From: an uncultured Verrucomicrobiae bacterium | GTDB lineage: Bacteria; Verrucomicrobiota; Verrucomicrobiia; Limisphaerales; UBA11358 | Length of the DNA: 64,000 nucleotides | Assembly: GCA_963719075.1 (NCBI GenBank) | Contig: CAVRAN010000004.1 | Coordinates: 2,861 to 66,860, forward strand | Direction: 5' to 3' | Shown: piece by piece, positions 17,506-25,696 of the stretch | Position numbering within the stretch: position 1 is the stretch's first letter | Layout of the letters: every line of letters starts with the position of its first letter | Position numbers and translations under genes: made by a program | Notes under the pieces: generated by a model | What the model was told of the DNA's origin: nothing | Databases searched by the model: none | Seen by the model: only the letters and a program-made list of their open reading frames with translations

Positions 17506-18196
17506 CGCTATGACGCGACCCACACCAGAAGCATTTTCCGCTAATTTTCCGCGCCTCGCGGCTGGCCTTCTGCCAGTCCTGCCGCGATTCAATTTTCGGG
17601 CTTCACGCCAGCCCGAACCCGCGCCAAAGGTCGTTACCTTTGGAATCCATCGCTTGCAAAAGCGCACTGGCAGTGTCAGTGAAACTGTCAGTGAAAACAG
17701 TAAAATGATAGTGGAAAATAGTGGCGGGTTAAAGCGAATAAACCTTGATTTTACAGGCGTTTTTGCTAATTTATTAGAACTGAATCGGACGTTACAGGTC
17801 CCAAAGGGACAACCGGAAATTAGCCAGACCCAAGGTGTCCGGGTGCTGGCGCACGGCCAGTGCTTGCGCACGGCCACCCACCGTCCAAAACCAAATCCGT
17901 CCAGAATGGACGGTGGAAACCTCCCTCATCCCGGCCTTCTCCCCAAGGAGAAGGAGAATCGTCCGCCGCTTTTCTGAAAATATTTCCATCCGTCGCTGAC
18001 GGAATTCTTAACAGATATGAAGAGAAAACGGCAGCCAATGGCATGACAAAAGTCACCCATCTGAAAGTCAACACCAGATGAGGTTGGCTTCCCAAGCCCA
18101 CCACAAATTAGTTGCCCAACATACGCGGTTCAATCTCGCGTTAATGCCGTTTTCATCAGGCTTGGAATTCAGGCCGCGCCCGTTTAAAATGCCGTC

Positions 18197-18562
18197 ATGT
18201 TTTTGGTGACAGCGAATAAACCGAGGCGATTATTACATCTCAGTTTCATCGGCCATGTGAGCGTGAAAGAGCTTCAGCAGGGCGGCAGGGATATGGCTGC
18301 GCTGCTGGCGGATATGCCCGCCGGGTTACGCGTCCTGGGGGATTTGGAGCGGCTCCAATCCATGAGCGAAGGTTGCGTGGAGCAAATTGGGAAAAACATG
18401 GAGCTACTTGACCGGCATGGCGTGGAGCTGGTGGTGCGGGTGGTTCCTGATCCGTCAAAAGACATTGGCTTCAACATCCTTATGGCATTTCATTATCGGA
18501 ACCGGCCGCGCGTCGTCACCTGCGAGACCATCGCTGAAGCGTCCGGATTGCTTTTGCTTTGA
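18197..18562 (+). CDS. hypothetical protein (121 aa)
   Basis: ATG-started ORF with host-like composition and no recognisable motif. It is convergent with the ABC ATPase gene. Confidence 0.45.
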   Translation: MFLVTANKPRRLLHLSFIGHVSVKELQQGGRDMAALLADMPAGLRVLGDLERLQSMSEGCVEQIGKNMELLDRHGVELVVRVVPDPSKDIGFNILMAFHYRNRPRVVTCETIAEASGLLLL

Positions 18563-18584
18563 TTTGTCAGCCCAAAAATCCAAC

Positions 18585-20081
18585 TTAAGCGGCCTTGGCC
18601 TCGACGCCAGCCATGAGGCGAATTAAATTTGTTTCCGAAAATTCTTCGCGCGCCAATTCGCCGGCGATTTTCCCCTCACGCATGACAGCGATGCGGCGGC
18701 TGACATTCATGACTTCTGGCAGTTCGGATGAGATGACGAGCAGCGCCAGGCCGCTGCACGCGAGTTCATCGAGTAAATGGTGAATTTCGGCTTTCGCGCC
18801 GACATCCACACCGCGCGTCGGTTCATCTACAATCAAAATGTTGCATTCGCGCGCAAGCCATTTTGCCAGCGCGATTTTTTGCTGGTTGCCGCCGCTCAAA
18901 CCGGCGGTGGGCTCTTCCATCGTCGGTGTTTTTACCCGCAGCCGTTCCGCATATTTTTTCACGAGCGACTTTTCCGCGCGCCGTTTGACAAATCCGGCGA
19001 CGGTCAGATGTGGAAGGGCCGCGAGCGACGTGTTTTCACGGCAGTTCATGGTCAGCACGAGGCCGAGCCGTTTTCTATCCTCCGGCAAAAACCCGATGCC
19101 TGCGTTGAGCGCAGCGGCAATGGAATGTGGCGGCAGTTCTTTGCCGCGAACAAAAACTTTTCCGGTCGCCGCGTCGTCCAGACCAAAGACGGCCTGCGCG
19201 ATTTCACTGCGGCCCGCGCCAACGAGTCCGGCAAACCCCAAGATTTCCCCGGCGCGAATGGAAAAGCTGACGTTGCTGAATTTCCCCGGCGAAGAAAGAT
19301 TTTCAACGCGCAGCAATTCGTCGCCGGGCGGCTGCTGCAAGTGTTGCGACGTGTATTGCTTCACTTCGCGCCCGACCATTTGCTGAATGACGCGGTCGGG
19401 GCTCGTTGCGGAAATCTTTTCGGTGGCGACATGGCGGCCATCGCGCAAAACGGTGATGGAATCGCAAAGCCGGAAAAGTTCCTCAAGCCGGTGGGAAACA
19501 TAGATGACCGTGATGCCGCGTTGTTTGAGTTTTGCGAGCAGGGCAAAAAGGTGTTCGCTCTCGCGCACGGAAAGCGAACTGGTCGGCTCGTCCATGACGA
19601 TGATTTGTGCTTGAGTGCCGAGGGCGGCGGCGATTTGCACCATTTGTTCCTGGCCGGTGGTGAGTTTGCTTATGGGCAAATCCACGTTCATTTCGGATTC
19701 GATTTCGTGAAGCATGGCGCGCGCCTGTGCGCGCATGCGGGAACGATCAAGCCAGCCGGCATTGCGCGGCAGATCGCCGAGGCAAAGATTTTCTGCGACG
19801 GTGAGATTCGGGCAAAACGCGAGCTCCTGATGCACCATGGCAATGCCGAGTTTGCGCGCGACGAGCGGGTTTGACGGGTGAATTGGTTTCCCGTCGAGAA
19901 GAATTTCACCGTCGTCGGGCGTGTGAACTCCGGCGAGAACTTTTCCCAGCGTGCTTTTGCCCGCCCCATTTTCGCCGATGAGCGCATGGCAACTGCCGCG
20001 CTCGACTTCAAAACTCACGCCGTCTAGTGCGAGGACGCCCGGAAAGCGCTTGGTGATATTTTTGAAAACGAGGAATGACAA
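18585..20081 (-). CDS. sugar (ribose/galactoside-type) ABC transporter ATP-binding protein, duplicated NBD
   Basis: Walker A GENGAGKST, signature LTTGQEQMVQIA and Walker B IIVMDEPTSSL are present. The second NBD has LSGGNQQKIALAKWL and ILIVDEPTRGVD. Confidence 0.9.
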   Translation of the reverse strand: MSFLVFKNITKRFPGVLALDGVSFEVERGSCHALIGENGAGKSTLGKVLAGVHTPDDGEILLDGKPIHPSNPLVARKLGIAMVHQELAFCPNLTVAENLCLGDLPRNAGWLDRSRMRAQARAMLHEIESEMNVDLPISKLTTGQEQMVQIAAALGTQAQIIVMDEPTSSLSVRESEHLFALLAKLKQRGITVIYVSHRLEELFRLCDSITVLRDGRHVATEKISATSPDRVIQQMVGREVKQYTSQHLQQPPGDELLRVENLSSPGKFSNVSFSIRAGEILGFAGLVGAGRSEIAQAVFGLDDAATGKVFVRGKELPPHSIAAALNAGIGFLPEDRKRLGLVLTMNCRENTSLAALPHLTVAGFVKRRAEKSLVKKYAERLRVKTPTMEEPTAGLSGGNQQKIALAKWLARECNILIVDEPTRGVDVGAKAEIHHLLDELACSGLALLVISSELPEVMNVSRRIAVMREGKIAGELAREEFSETNLIRLMAGVEAKAA

Positions 20082-20092
20082 TGCGATTCAGC

Positions 20093-21052
20093 TTATTTTG
20101 GCAGCCATTTGTCCCAGTTCTTGGCGTAGTCATCCACATTTTGTTTTGTTACGGGAATCAAATCGCTGACGACTTTGATGTTTTCGGGGTCTTTCTTGAG
20201 GTAAATTTTATTGATCAGAAGAACAACAGATTGATAACCCCATTCATAGCATTGCTGACCGAGCAGCAACTGGACGTGACCGCTGCGAATATATTGCAAT
20301 TCGGCGGGCAGGGCATCCACGGAAACACATTTGATCGTGCCTGGTTCCCATTTGAGTGCGTTGTCGGTGAATAGCGGCCAGCCGCCGACGAATCCCCAGC
20401 CGGTTATGTCCGGATTGGCTTCCATGACCTGCTCGATGCGCGCGGCGGCGTCCTGCGGAGTTTCTTTGTGGTAATAAACACCGCGAATGGTGATGTCCGG
20501 ATATTTTTCCGCGACAGTTTTCATGCCTTGAACGCGTTTCTGCAGATTCGGGGCGTTTTGATTTCCAGCCAAAATCGCAACCACGCCTTTGCCGTCCATT
20601 TCCTTGGCCAATGCCTCCATGATTTGCTCGCCGCATTTTTCATCGTCAATGCCGTAGGTCGCAAAACGTTTGCTGTCGGGCGCGTCGGAATCAAATGTCG
20701 TTACGGGAACGCCATTGTCCACCGCGCGATTAATGGAGTCGGTCAATTTGTTCGCGTCCGAGCAACTGACGGCGATGCCGTCCACGCCGGCGAGCGTAAG
20801 TTGCTCAATGGCCTCGGCCTGCTTCTGCGCGTCCTCGTCGTTGGGCGTGCGCCAGTCAATGGTGATCTGAATACCATATTTCGCACCTAGATCTTTCGCG
20901 GCATTTTCCGCGCCGACGCGCGCGGCCTGAAAGACCGGGTTGCTTTGCGATTTGGCCACGAGGCCGATGGTATAGGCTTTTTGAGTCTGCGCATTTGCAA
21001 GTGCGATGAATCCAAATGAAAGCGCCAAGGTGAGCAATAAATTATTTTTCAT
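20093..21052 (-). CDS. sugar ABC transporter periplasmic substrate-binding protein
   Basis: Signal peptide MKNNLLLTLALSFGFIALANA (ATG 21052 chosen over the track start at 21100), followed by a periplasmic-binding-protein type I pattern (IGLVAKSQSNPVFQAARVGAENAAKDLG). Confidence 0.85.
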   Translation of the reverse strand: MKNNLLLTLALSFGFIALANAQTQKAYTIGLVAKSQSNPVFQAARVGAENAAKDLGAKYGIQITIDWRTPNDEDAQKQAEAIEQLTLAGVDGIAVSCSDANKLTDSINRAVDNGVPVTTFDSDAPDSKRFATYGIDDEKCGEQIMEALAKEMDGKGVVAILAGNQNAPNLQKRVQGMKTVAEKYPDITIRGVYYHKETPQDAAARIEQVMEANPDITGWGFVGGWPLFTDNALKWEPGTIKCVSVDALPAELQYIRSGHVQLLLGQQCYEWGYQSVVLLINKIYLKKDPENIKVVSDLIPVTKQNVDDYAKNWDKWLPK

Positions 21053-21074
21053 AAGATTTTGATTTAAGAAAACT

Positions 21075-22214
21075 CTATTGACTTGCAGTCCGGTTGACAA
21101 GCCGCCGTTTGGCGAGCCAGTTGTTCAATTGATCCAGCAGCACCGCGAGAATGACTACCGAGCCAATGATGATCTGGCTGTAATTTTGGTCAATATTCAG
21201 TATGACGATGCCGCTGGAAATCATTTGGATGATAAGCGCACCGAGCAACGCGCCCAACGCCGAACCTTTGCCGCCGGACAAACTGGCGCCGCCGACGACC
21301 GCTGCAGCGATGACGTTGAGCTCGTAACCCTGGCCGTCGCCCGAAGTCGCCGCGCCGTAATAACCGAGCGAGAGCAGCGAGGCGATTCCAGCCATCAATC
21401 CGGCAAAAATATAGACGCTCAATTTCACACGCCCGACGCGAATGCCGCTGAACCGGCTGGCCGTTTCGTTTCCGCCCACCGCATAGATGCGCCGACCCGC
21501 CGCGAGCCGCGACAAATAAATTCCGCCGATCAACGTGACAAGCATCATGACGCCCAGCGGCACCAGGCTGAGCTCTTCGTCGCCGACCTGCCAGCGAACC
21601 ATTTCGCGGAAGGTCTCCGGAAATTCGCCGATGGACTGGCCTTTGGTGATGACAAAGGCGACGCCACGAAAAATCGCCATTGTCCCTAACGTGATGATGA
21701 ATGGATGCACTCGCAACGCGACAATCATTCCGCCGTTGAGCAATCCGCAAAACATTGCGACACCCAGACAGGTCAGCACGCCCAGCGGCACGCTGATCCA
21801 GGCGGATGCGCCGGAATGCGCGCCGTCCGAACCATACGCGGCAAAAACCATTGCGGCCACCACCGACGCCAGCGCATAGACCGCACCAACCGACAAATCA
21901 ATTCCGCCGGAAATAATTACAAACGTCGCACCGACGGCCATGATGGCGATGAAACTGGTGTCTTTGGCCAGTTGCGCGAGGTTCTGTGCGTTGAAGAATT
22001 TATTTTTTTCGACAAAAACCGGTTCGCGGTCGCCATTGGCATCGGTGGTGAAAGCGCGAACGCGTTCACCCTGCGCGTTGGTTTCAAATTTTGGAACCTT
22101 GACGGAGCCGCCGAAGACGGCCAGCAAAATTCCCAGCATGAAAATCACCAGCAGCAGGCCGCCTTCCTGCAAACGCAGTTCGCGAAGGCGGTTCAGCGGC
22201 GGAATGGCGGACAT
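21075..22214 (-). CDS. sugar ABC transporter permease (RbsC/AraH-like)
   Basis: A polytopic membrane ORF lying between galM and the binding-protein gene. It contains GGIDLSVGAVYALASVV and a C-terminal GGASLSGGKGSALGALLGALII motif. Confidence 0.85.
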   Translation of the reverse strand: MSAIPPLNRLRELRLQEGGLLLVIFMLGILLAVFGGSVKVPKFETNAQGERVRAFTTDANGDREPVFVEKNKFFNAQNLAQLAKDTSFIAIMAVGATFVIISGGIDLSVGAVYALASVVAAMVFAAYGSDGAHSGASAWISVPLGVLTCLGVAMFCGLLNGGMIVALRVHPFIITLGTMAIFRGVAFVITKGQSIGEFPETFREMVRWQVGDEELSLVPLGVMMLVTLIGGIYLSRLAAGRRIYAVGGNETASRFSGIRVGRVKLSVYIFAGLMAGIASLLSLGYYGAATSGDGQGYELNVIAAAVVGGASLSGGKGSALGALLGALIIQMISSGIVILNIDQNYSQIIIGSVVILAVLLDQLNNWLAKRRLVNRTASQ

Positions 22215-22220
22215 ACAAAT

Positions 22221-23291
22221 TTATTTCGTCAAGAAACGATAAATAATTGTGTTCTGATAAATTTGTCCCGGCTTCAATTCAGTGCTTGGAAATTGCGGTT
22301 TGTTTGGTGAATCGGGAAAATGCTGCGCCTCCAGACAAAAAGCCGCATGTTTTTGATAAGCCCAGCCATTTTTGCCGGCGACCGAGCCGTTAAAATTATT
22401 CGCCGTGAAAAACTGCACCCCCGGTTGTGTGCTCACAACCTCCAGAACGCGTCCGCTGGCTGGCTCATAAACGCGCGCCTGTAAACCAAGCTTCCCAAGC
22501 GGTTCATCAACAGCAAAATTGATGTCGTAGCCTTTCGTCAATGTCAATTGCGGATCACTGATGCGCGCACCGATTTTTGCCGGCTTGCGAAAATCAAACG
22601 GCGTGCCGACCACGGACTTCAGCTCGCCTGTCGCAATGAGCGCCGAATCCGTCGGCGTGAAATGGCCCGCGTTAATTTGGACTTCATGGTTCAACACGTC
22701 GTCTTTGCCCGCGAGATTGAAGTAGGAATGGTTCGTGAGATTGCAAACCGTCGTCGCGTCCGTCGTCGCGGCAAAATCAATTCGCAATTCATTTTCATCC
22801 GTGAGCGTGTGAAGGGCTTTGACCGTCAGGTTGCCGGGAAAGCCTTCTTCACCGTCCTTGCTCAGATAACTGAGTTCAATCGCAGTACCATCGGTTGTTT
22901 CCAACGGCTTCGCTTTCCAGACCACCTTGTCAAATCCTTTGACGCCGCCGTGCAATGTATTTTCACCGCTGTTTTTCGCGAGCGAATAGGTTTTTCCATT
23001 GAGAAAAAATTTTCCGCCGCCGATTCGGTTTGCGTAACGCCCGATTAACGCCCCAAAGTGAAAATTATATTTGAGATAATCATCCAAATTATCGTGACCA
23101 AGAACCACATCAACGAATTGGCCGTTGCGATCCGGCGCGGTCAGTGATACGACAATGCCGCCGTAGGTCGTCAGGCACATTTCCATGCCCTGGCTGTTTC
23201 GCAACGTGTAAATTTCGACAGCATCATTATCGGCAGTTTTTCCGAAAGAAGTCCGCGAGATTGGATTGTTCGAGCGGTTTGAGTAAGCCAT
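22221..23291 (-). CDS. galM: aldose 1-epimerase (galactose mutarotase)
   Basis: LTTYGGIVVSL, GRYANRI, NTLHGG, GFPG, TNHSYFNL and a C-terminal FCLEAQHFPDSPN pattern typical of mutarotases. Confidence 0.85.
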   Translation of the reverse strand: MAYSNRSNNPISRTSFGKTADNDAVEIYTLRNSQGMEMCLTTYGGIVVSLTAPDRNGQFVDVVLGHDNLDDYLKYNFHFGALIGRYANRIGGGKFFLNGKTYSLAKNSGENTLHGGVKGFDKVVWKAKPLETTDGTAIELSYLSKDGEEGFPGNLTVKALHTLTDENELRIDFAATTDATTVCNLTNHSYFNLAGKDDVLNHEVQINAGHFTPTDSALIATGELKSVVGTPFDFRKPAKIGARISDPQLTLTKGYDINFAVDEPLGKLGLQARVYEPASGRVLEVVSTQPGVQFFTANNFNGSVAGKNGWAYQKHAAFCLEAQHFPDSPNKPQFPSTELKPGQIYQNTIIYRFLTK

Positions 23292-23400
23292 TGCGGTGCA
23301 GACTACAACATCTGCGGCTACCCGTCCAGTTTTCAGTTAATCGTTTGCCTTAAAAATTTATTCGTGCGTAAAAACAATTCATTTAACATCATTTCCAACG

Positions 23401-24054
23401 ATGAATTTCAGCGAAGCTGCCGGTTGCATTGTCATGGCGGTCACGGCGTATTTGCTGGGCTCAATTCCGACCGGCTACCTCGTCGCGCGCGTGAAGGGAA
23501 TTGATATTCGCACGGTTGGCAGTGGCAACATGGGCGCGACGAATGTGTTTCGCGTGCTGGGCAAAACCGCCGGCGCAATCGTGCTGATCATTGACGGACT
23601 CAAAGGCTACGCCGCCTGTGCGTGGCTCGCCGGTTTTTGGGCCAATCAATTCTCCGTGCCGGCAACGCAATGGGAATGTTTTAAAATTTTGGCGGGCGTT
23701 GCCGCGGTGCTCGGCCACAATTACACCTGCTGGCTCAAATTCAAAGGCGGCAAAGGAGTGGCGACGAGCGCCGGAGTTTTTTTTGCGCTCGCGCCGCTGG
23801 CGGCGGGTGTTGCGCTGGCCGTTTGGATTTTTGTTTTTGCACTGAGCCGATACGCATCGGTTGCTTCCATCGTTGCGGCGATTGCGTTATCAGGCGCGGT
23901 CTGGCTGACAGAAGATGATTTGACTTTACAACTGGTCACGACCGCGCTTGGTTTGCTTGCCATTATCAAACACAAGGAAAACATCAAACGTCTGCTCAAT
24001 GGCACGGAACGTCGTTTCGGCAAAAAATCTGAATCGCAGGAGGCCGCGAAATGA
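23401..24054 (+). CDS. plsY: glycerol-3-phosphate acyltransferase PlsY
   Basis: GSIPTGYLVARVKGIDIRTVGSGNMGATNVFRVLG and HNYTCWLKFKGGKGVATSAG. Confidence 0.9.
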   Translation: MNFSEAAGCIVMAVTAYLLGSIPTGYLVARVKGIDIRTVGSGNMGATNVFRVLGKTAGAIVLIIDGLKGYAACAWLAGFWANQFSVPATQWECFKILAGVAAVLGHNYTCWLKFKGGKGVATSAGVFFALAPLAAGVALAVWIFVFALSRYASVASIVAAIALSGAVWLTEDDLTLQLVTTALGLLAIIKHKENIKRLLNGTERRFGKKSESQEAAK

Positions 24055-25031
24055 AAATCACCGTGCTTGGCGCGGGCGCGTGGGGAACGGCGCTCGCGCA
24101 GCTTTTGAATCAAGGTGAAAACAGCGTCACACTTTGGGGACACGATGCGTCGCACCTGGAAAATTTGCGAACGACCGGCCGCAACGAACGCTACTTGCCC
24201 GGCATCAAATTGCCGCGCGATTTGCGATTGGAAAGCAATCTGGAGCAGGTGACAAATGGCGCAGATTTAATCGTCGTTGCGTTGCCTTCAAAAGCGTTTC
24301 GCGAAGTCACAAAATCGTTGGCTGATTTTTCAGGCGTCGTTGTCAGCGTGACCAAAGGCATTGAATATCACACGGGCTTGACAATGTGCGGTGTGCTGGC
24401 GGAAACCGCGCCAAAGGCAAGAATCGCCGCATTATCCGGACCATCGTTCGCGCTCGAAGTCGCGCGCGGAATCCCAACCGCGATTGTCGCCGCCAGTCAA
24501 GACGCCGCAACGGCCGGTGCGGTGCAAAAACTTTTCCATCGGCCTGCCTTTCGCGTTTATACCAGCGCTGATTTGCTTGGCGTTGAATTGGGCGGCGCGT
24601 TGAAAAATGTCATTGCGATTGCGGCGGGCGTTTGCGACGGCCTCGGTTTTGGTGACAACTCAAAAGCGGCGCTCGTCACCCGTGCGATTTCCGAGATGCG
24701 GCGGCTCGGCGTCGCCTGTGGCGCGCAAGCAGATACTTTCACCGGCCTGAGCGGCTTGGGTGATTTGATGGTGACATGTTTTTCCAAATTAAGTCGCAAT
24801 CGCGGTTTTGGTGAGCGTTTGGGCCGTGGTGAAAAAGTTGAAGCAATTGTTGCCGGGATGACATCGGTGGCGGAAGGCTATCCGACAGCGCGTTCGGCTT
24901 GCGAATTGGCGCACCGGCAAAAGGTTGTAATACCCATCATTGATGAAGTTTTCGCGATGCTTTACGAAGGTAAAAATCCGGCCAGAGCATTACAGGATTT
25001 GACGGCGCGAGAATTAAAGGCGGAAGATTAG
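24051..25031 (+). CDS. gpsA: NAD(P)H-dependent glycerol-3-phosphate dehydrogenase
   Basis: MKITVLGAGAWGTALA, GPSFALEVARGIPTA and LKNVIAIAAGVCDGLGFGDN. ATGA overlap with plsY. Confidence 0.9.
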   Translation: MKITVLGAGAWGTALAQLLNQGENSVTLWGHDASHLENLRTTGRNERYLPGIKLPRDLRLESNLEQVTNGADLIVVALPSKAFREVTKSLADFSGVVVSVTKGIEYHTGLTMCGVLAETAPKARIAALSGPSFALEVARGIPTAIVAASQDAATAGAVQKLFHRPAFRVYTSADLLGVELGGALKNVIAIAAGVCDGLGFGDNSKAALVTRAISEMRRLGVACGAQADTFTGLSGLGDLMVTCFSKLSRNRGFGERLGRGEKVEAIVAGMTSVAEGYPTARSACELAHRQKVVIPIIDEVFAMLYEGKNPARALQDLTARELKAED

Positions 25032-25036
25032 CTGGC

Positions 25037-25642
25037 TTAAGCCATTGCGCCTTTAATCAGCTTCATCAAATCGGCGTAAGCCTCCACGGCTTTAAATTGG
25101 GGAAATTGCTGCTTCACATTGTCCGGCGCATGAAAAAGAAAGCCAACGTCAGCCTCGATGAGCATCGCGATGTCGTTAAAGGAATCCCCGACCGCAATGG
25201 CGTAATAGTTTAATTGTTTCAACGCAGCAACAGCCTTTTTCTTTTGGTCAGCTACGCGCAATTTGTAGCCTGCGATTCTGTCGTTCTTAACTTCAAGCGT
25301 ATGGCAAAAAAGTGTCGGCCAATTCAATTGTTTCATCAACGGAGCAGCGAATTGCTCAAAGGTGTCGGACAAAATCATAACTTGCGTAAGCGTGCGAAGT
25401 TCATCGAGAAATTCTTTCGCGCCATCAAGCGGATTTAACGTGCCAATAACCTGCTGGATGTCGGAAAGTTTCAGGTTGTGCCGATTGAGAATTTCCAGCC
25501 GCCCGCGCATCAGATTGTCGTAATCCGGCTCGTCGCGCGTGGTGCGGCGCAATTCCGGGATTTTAGTTTTCTCGGCAACGGCAATCCAGATTTCCGGCGT
25601 CAACACGCCTTCCATATCCAAAGTCACAATTGATTGTTTCAC
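25037..25642 (-). CDS. thrH: ThrH-like HAD phosphoserine phosphatase/homoserine phosphotransferase
   Basis: LDMEGVLTPEIWIAVAEKT...TTRDEPDYDNLM...ILSDTFEQFAAPLM...GDSFNDIAML...FHAPDNV aligns along its length with the Pseudomonas ThrH sequence as I remember it. Confidence 0.75.
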   Translation of the reverse strand: MKQSIVTLDMEGVLTPEIWIAVAEKTKIPELRRTTRDEPDYDNLMRGRLEILNRHNLKLSDIQQVIGTLNPLDGAKEFLDELRTLTQVMILSDTFEQFAAPLMKQLNWPTLFCHTLEVKNDRIAGYKLRVADQKKKAVAALKQLNYYAIAVGDSFNDIAMLIEADVGFLFHAPDNVKQQFPQFKAVEAYADLMKLIKGAMA

Positions 25643-25696
25643 TGCGCAAGTTTTTCAAAATAGATTGCCGCAAGCAAATTGATTCCGCTGCTATCG

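Noticed and set aside
17510-17977. 156-codon ORF starting 5 nt after the 17146-17505 gene.
   Set aside because: The translation is low complexity and runs through iteron-like repeats and a REP-like element (PSRMDGGNLPHPGLLPKEKENRPPLF is repeat-derived). No motif is present, so it is not supported as a gene.
18124-18140. tRNA T-arm-like hairpin CGCGG-TTCAATC-TCGCG near the presumed island end.
   Set aside because: No matching acceptor, D or anticodon arms lie upstream, and the sequence is unrelated to tRNA-Asp. It may be a tRNA-fragment scar, but the evidence is too weak to annotate.
16632-18196. Search for an attR direct repeat of the tRNA-Asp 3' end at the distal island border.
   Set aside because: By eye I found only an 8-nt match (CCCGCCAT at about 16920-16927), which is not significant. 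The right border therefore remains undefined. A computed local alignment against 9120-9165 would settle it.
20093-21100. Track start (21100) of the sugar-binding protein, which overlaps the permease gene by 26 nt.
   Set aside because: The internal ATG at 21052 gives a canonical signal peptide and removes the overlap. The upstream 16 codons look non-coding.
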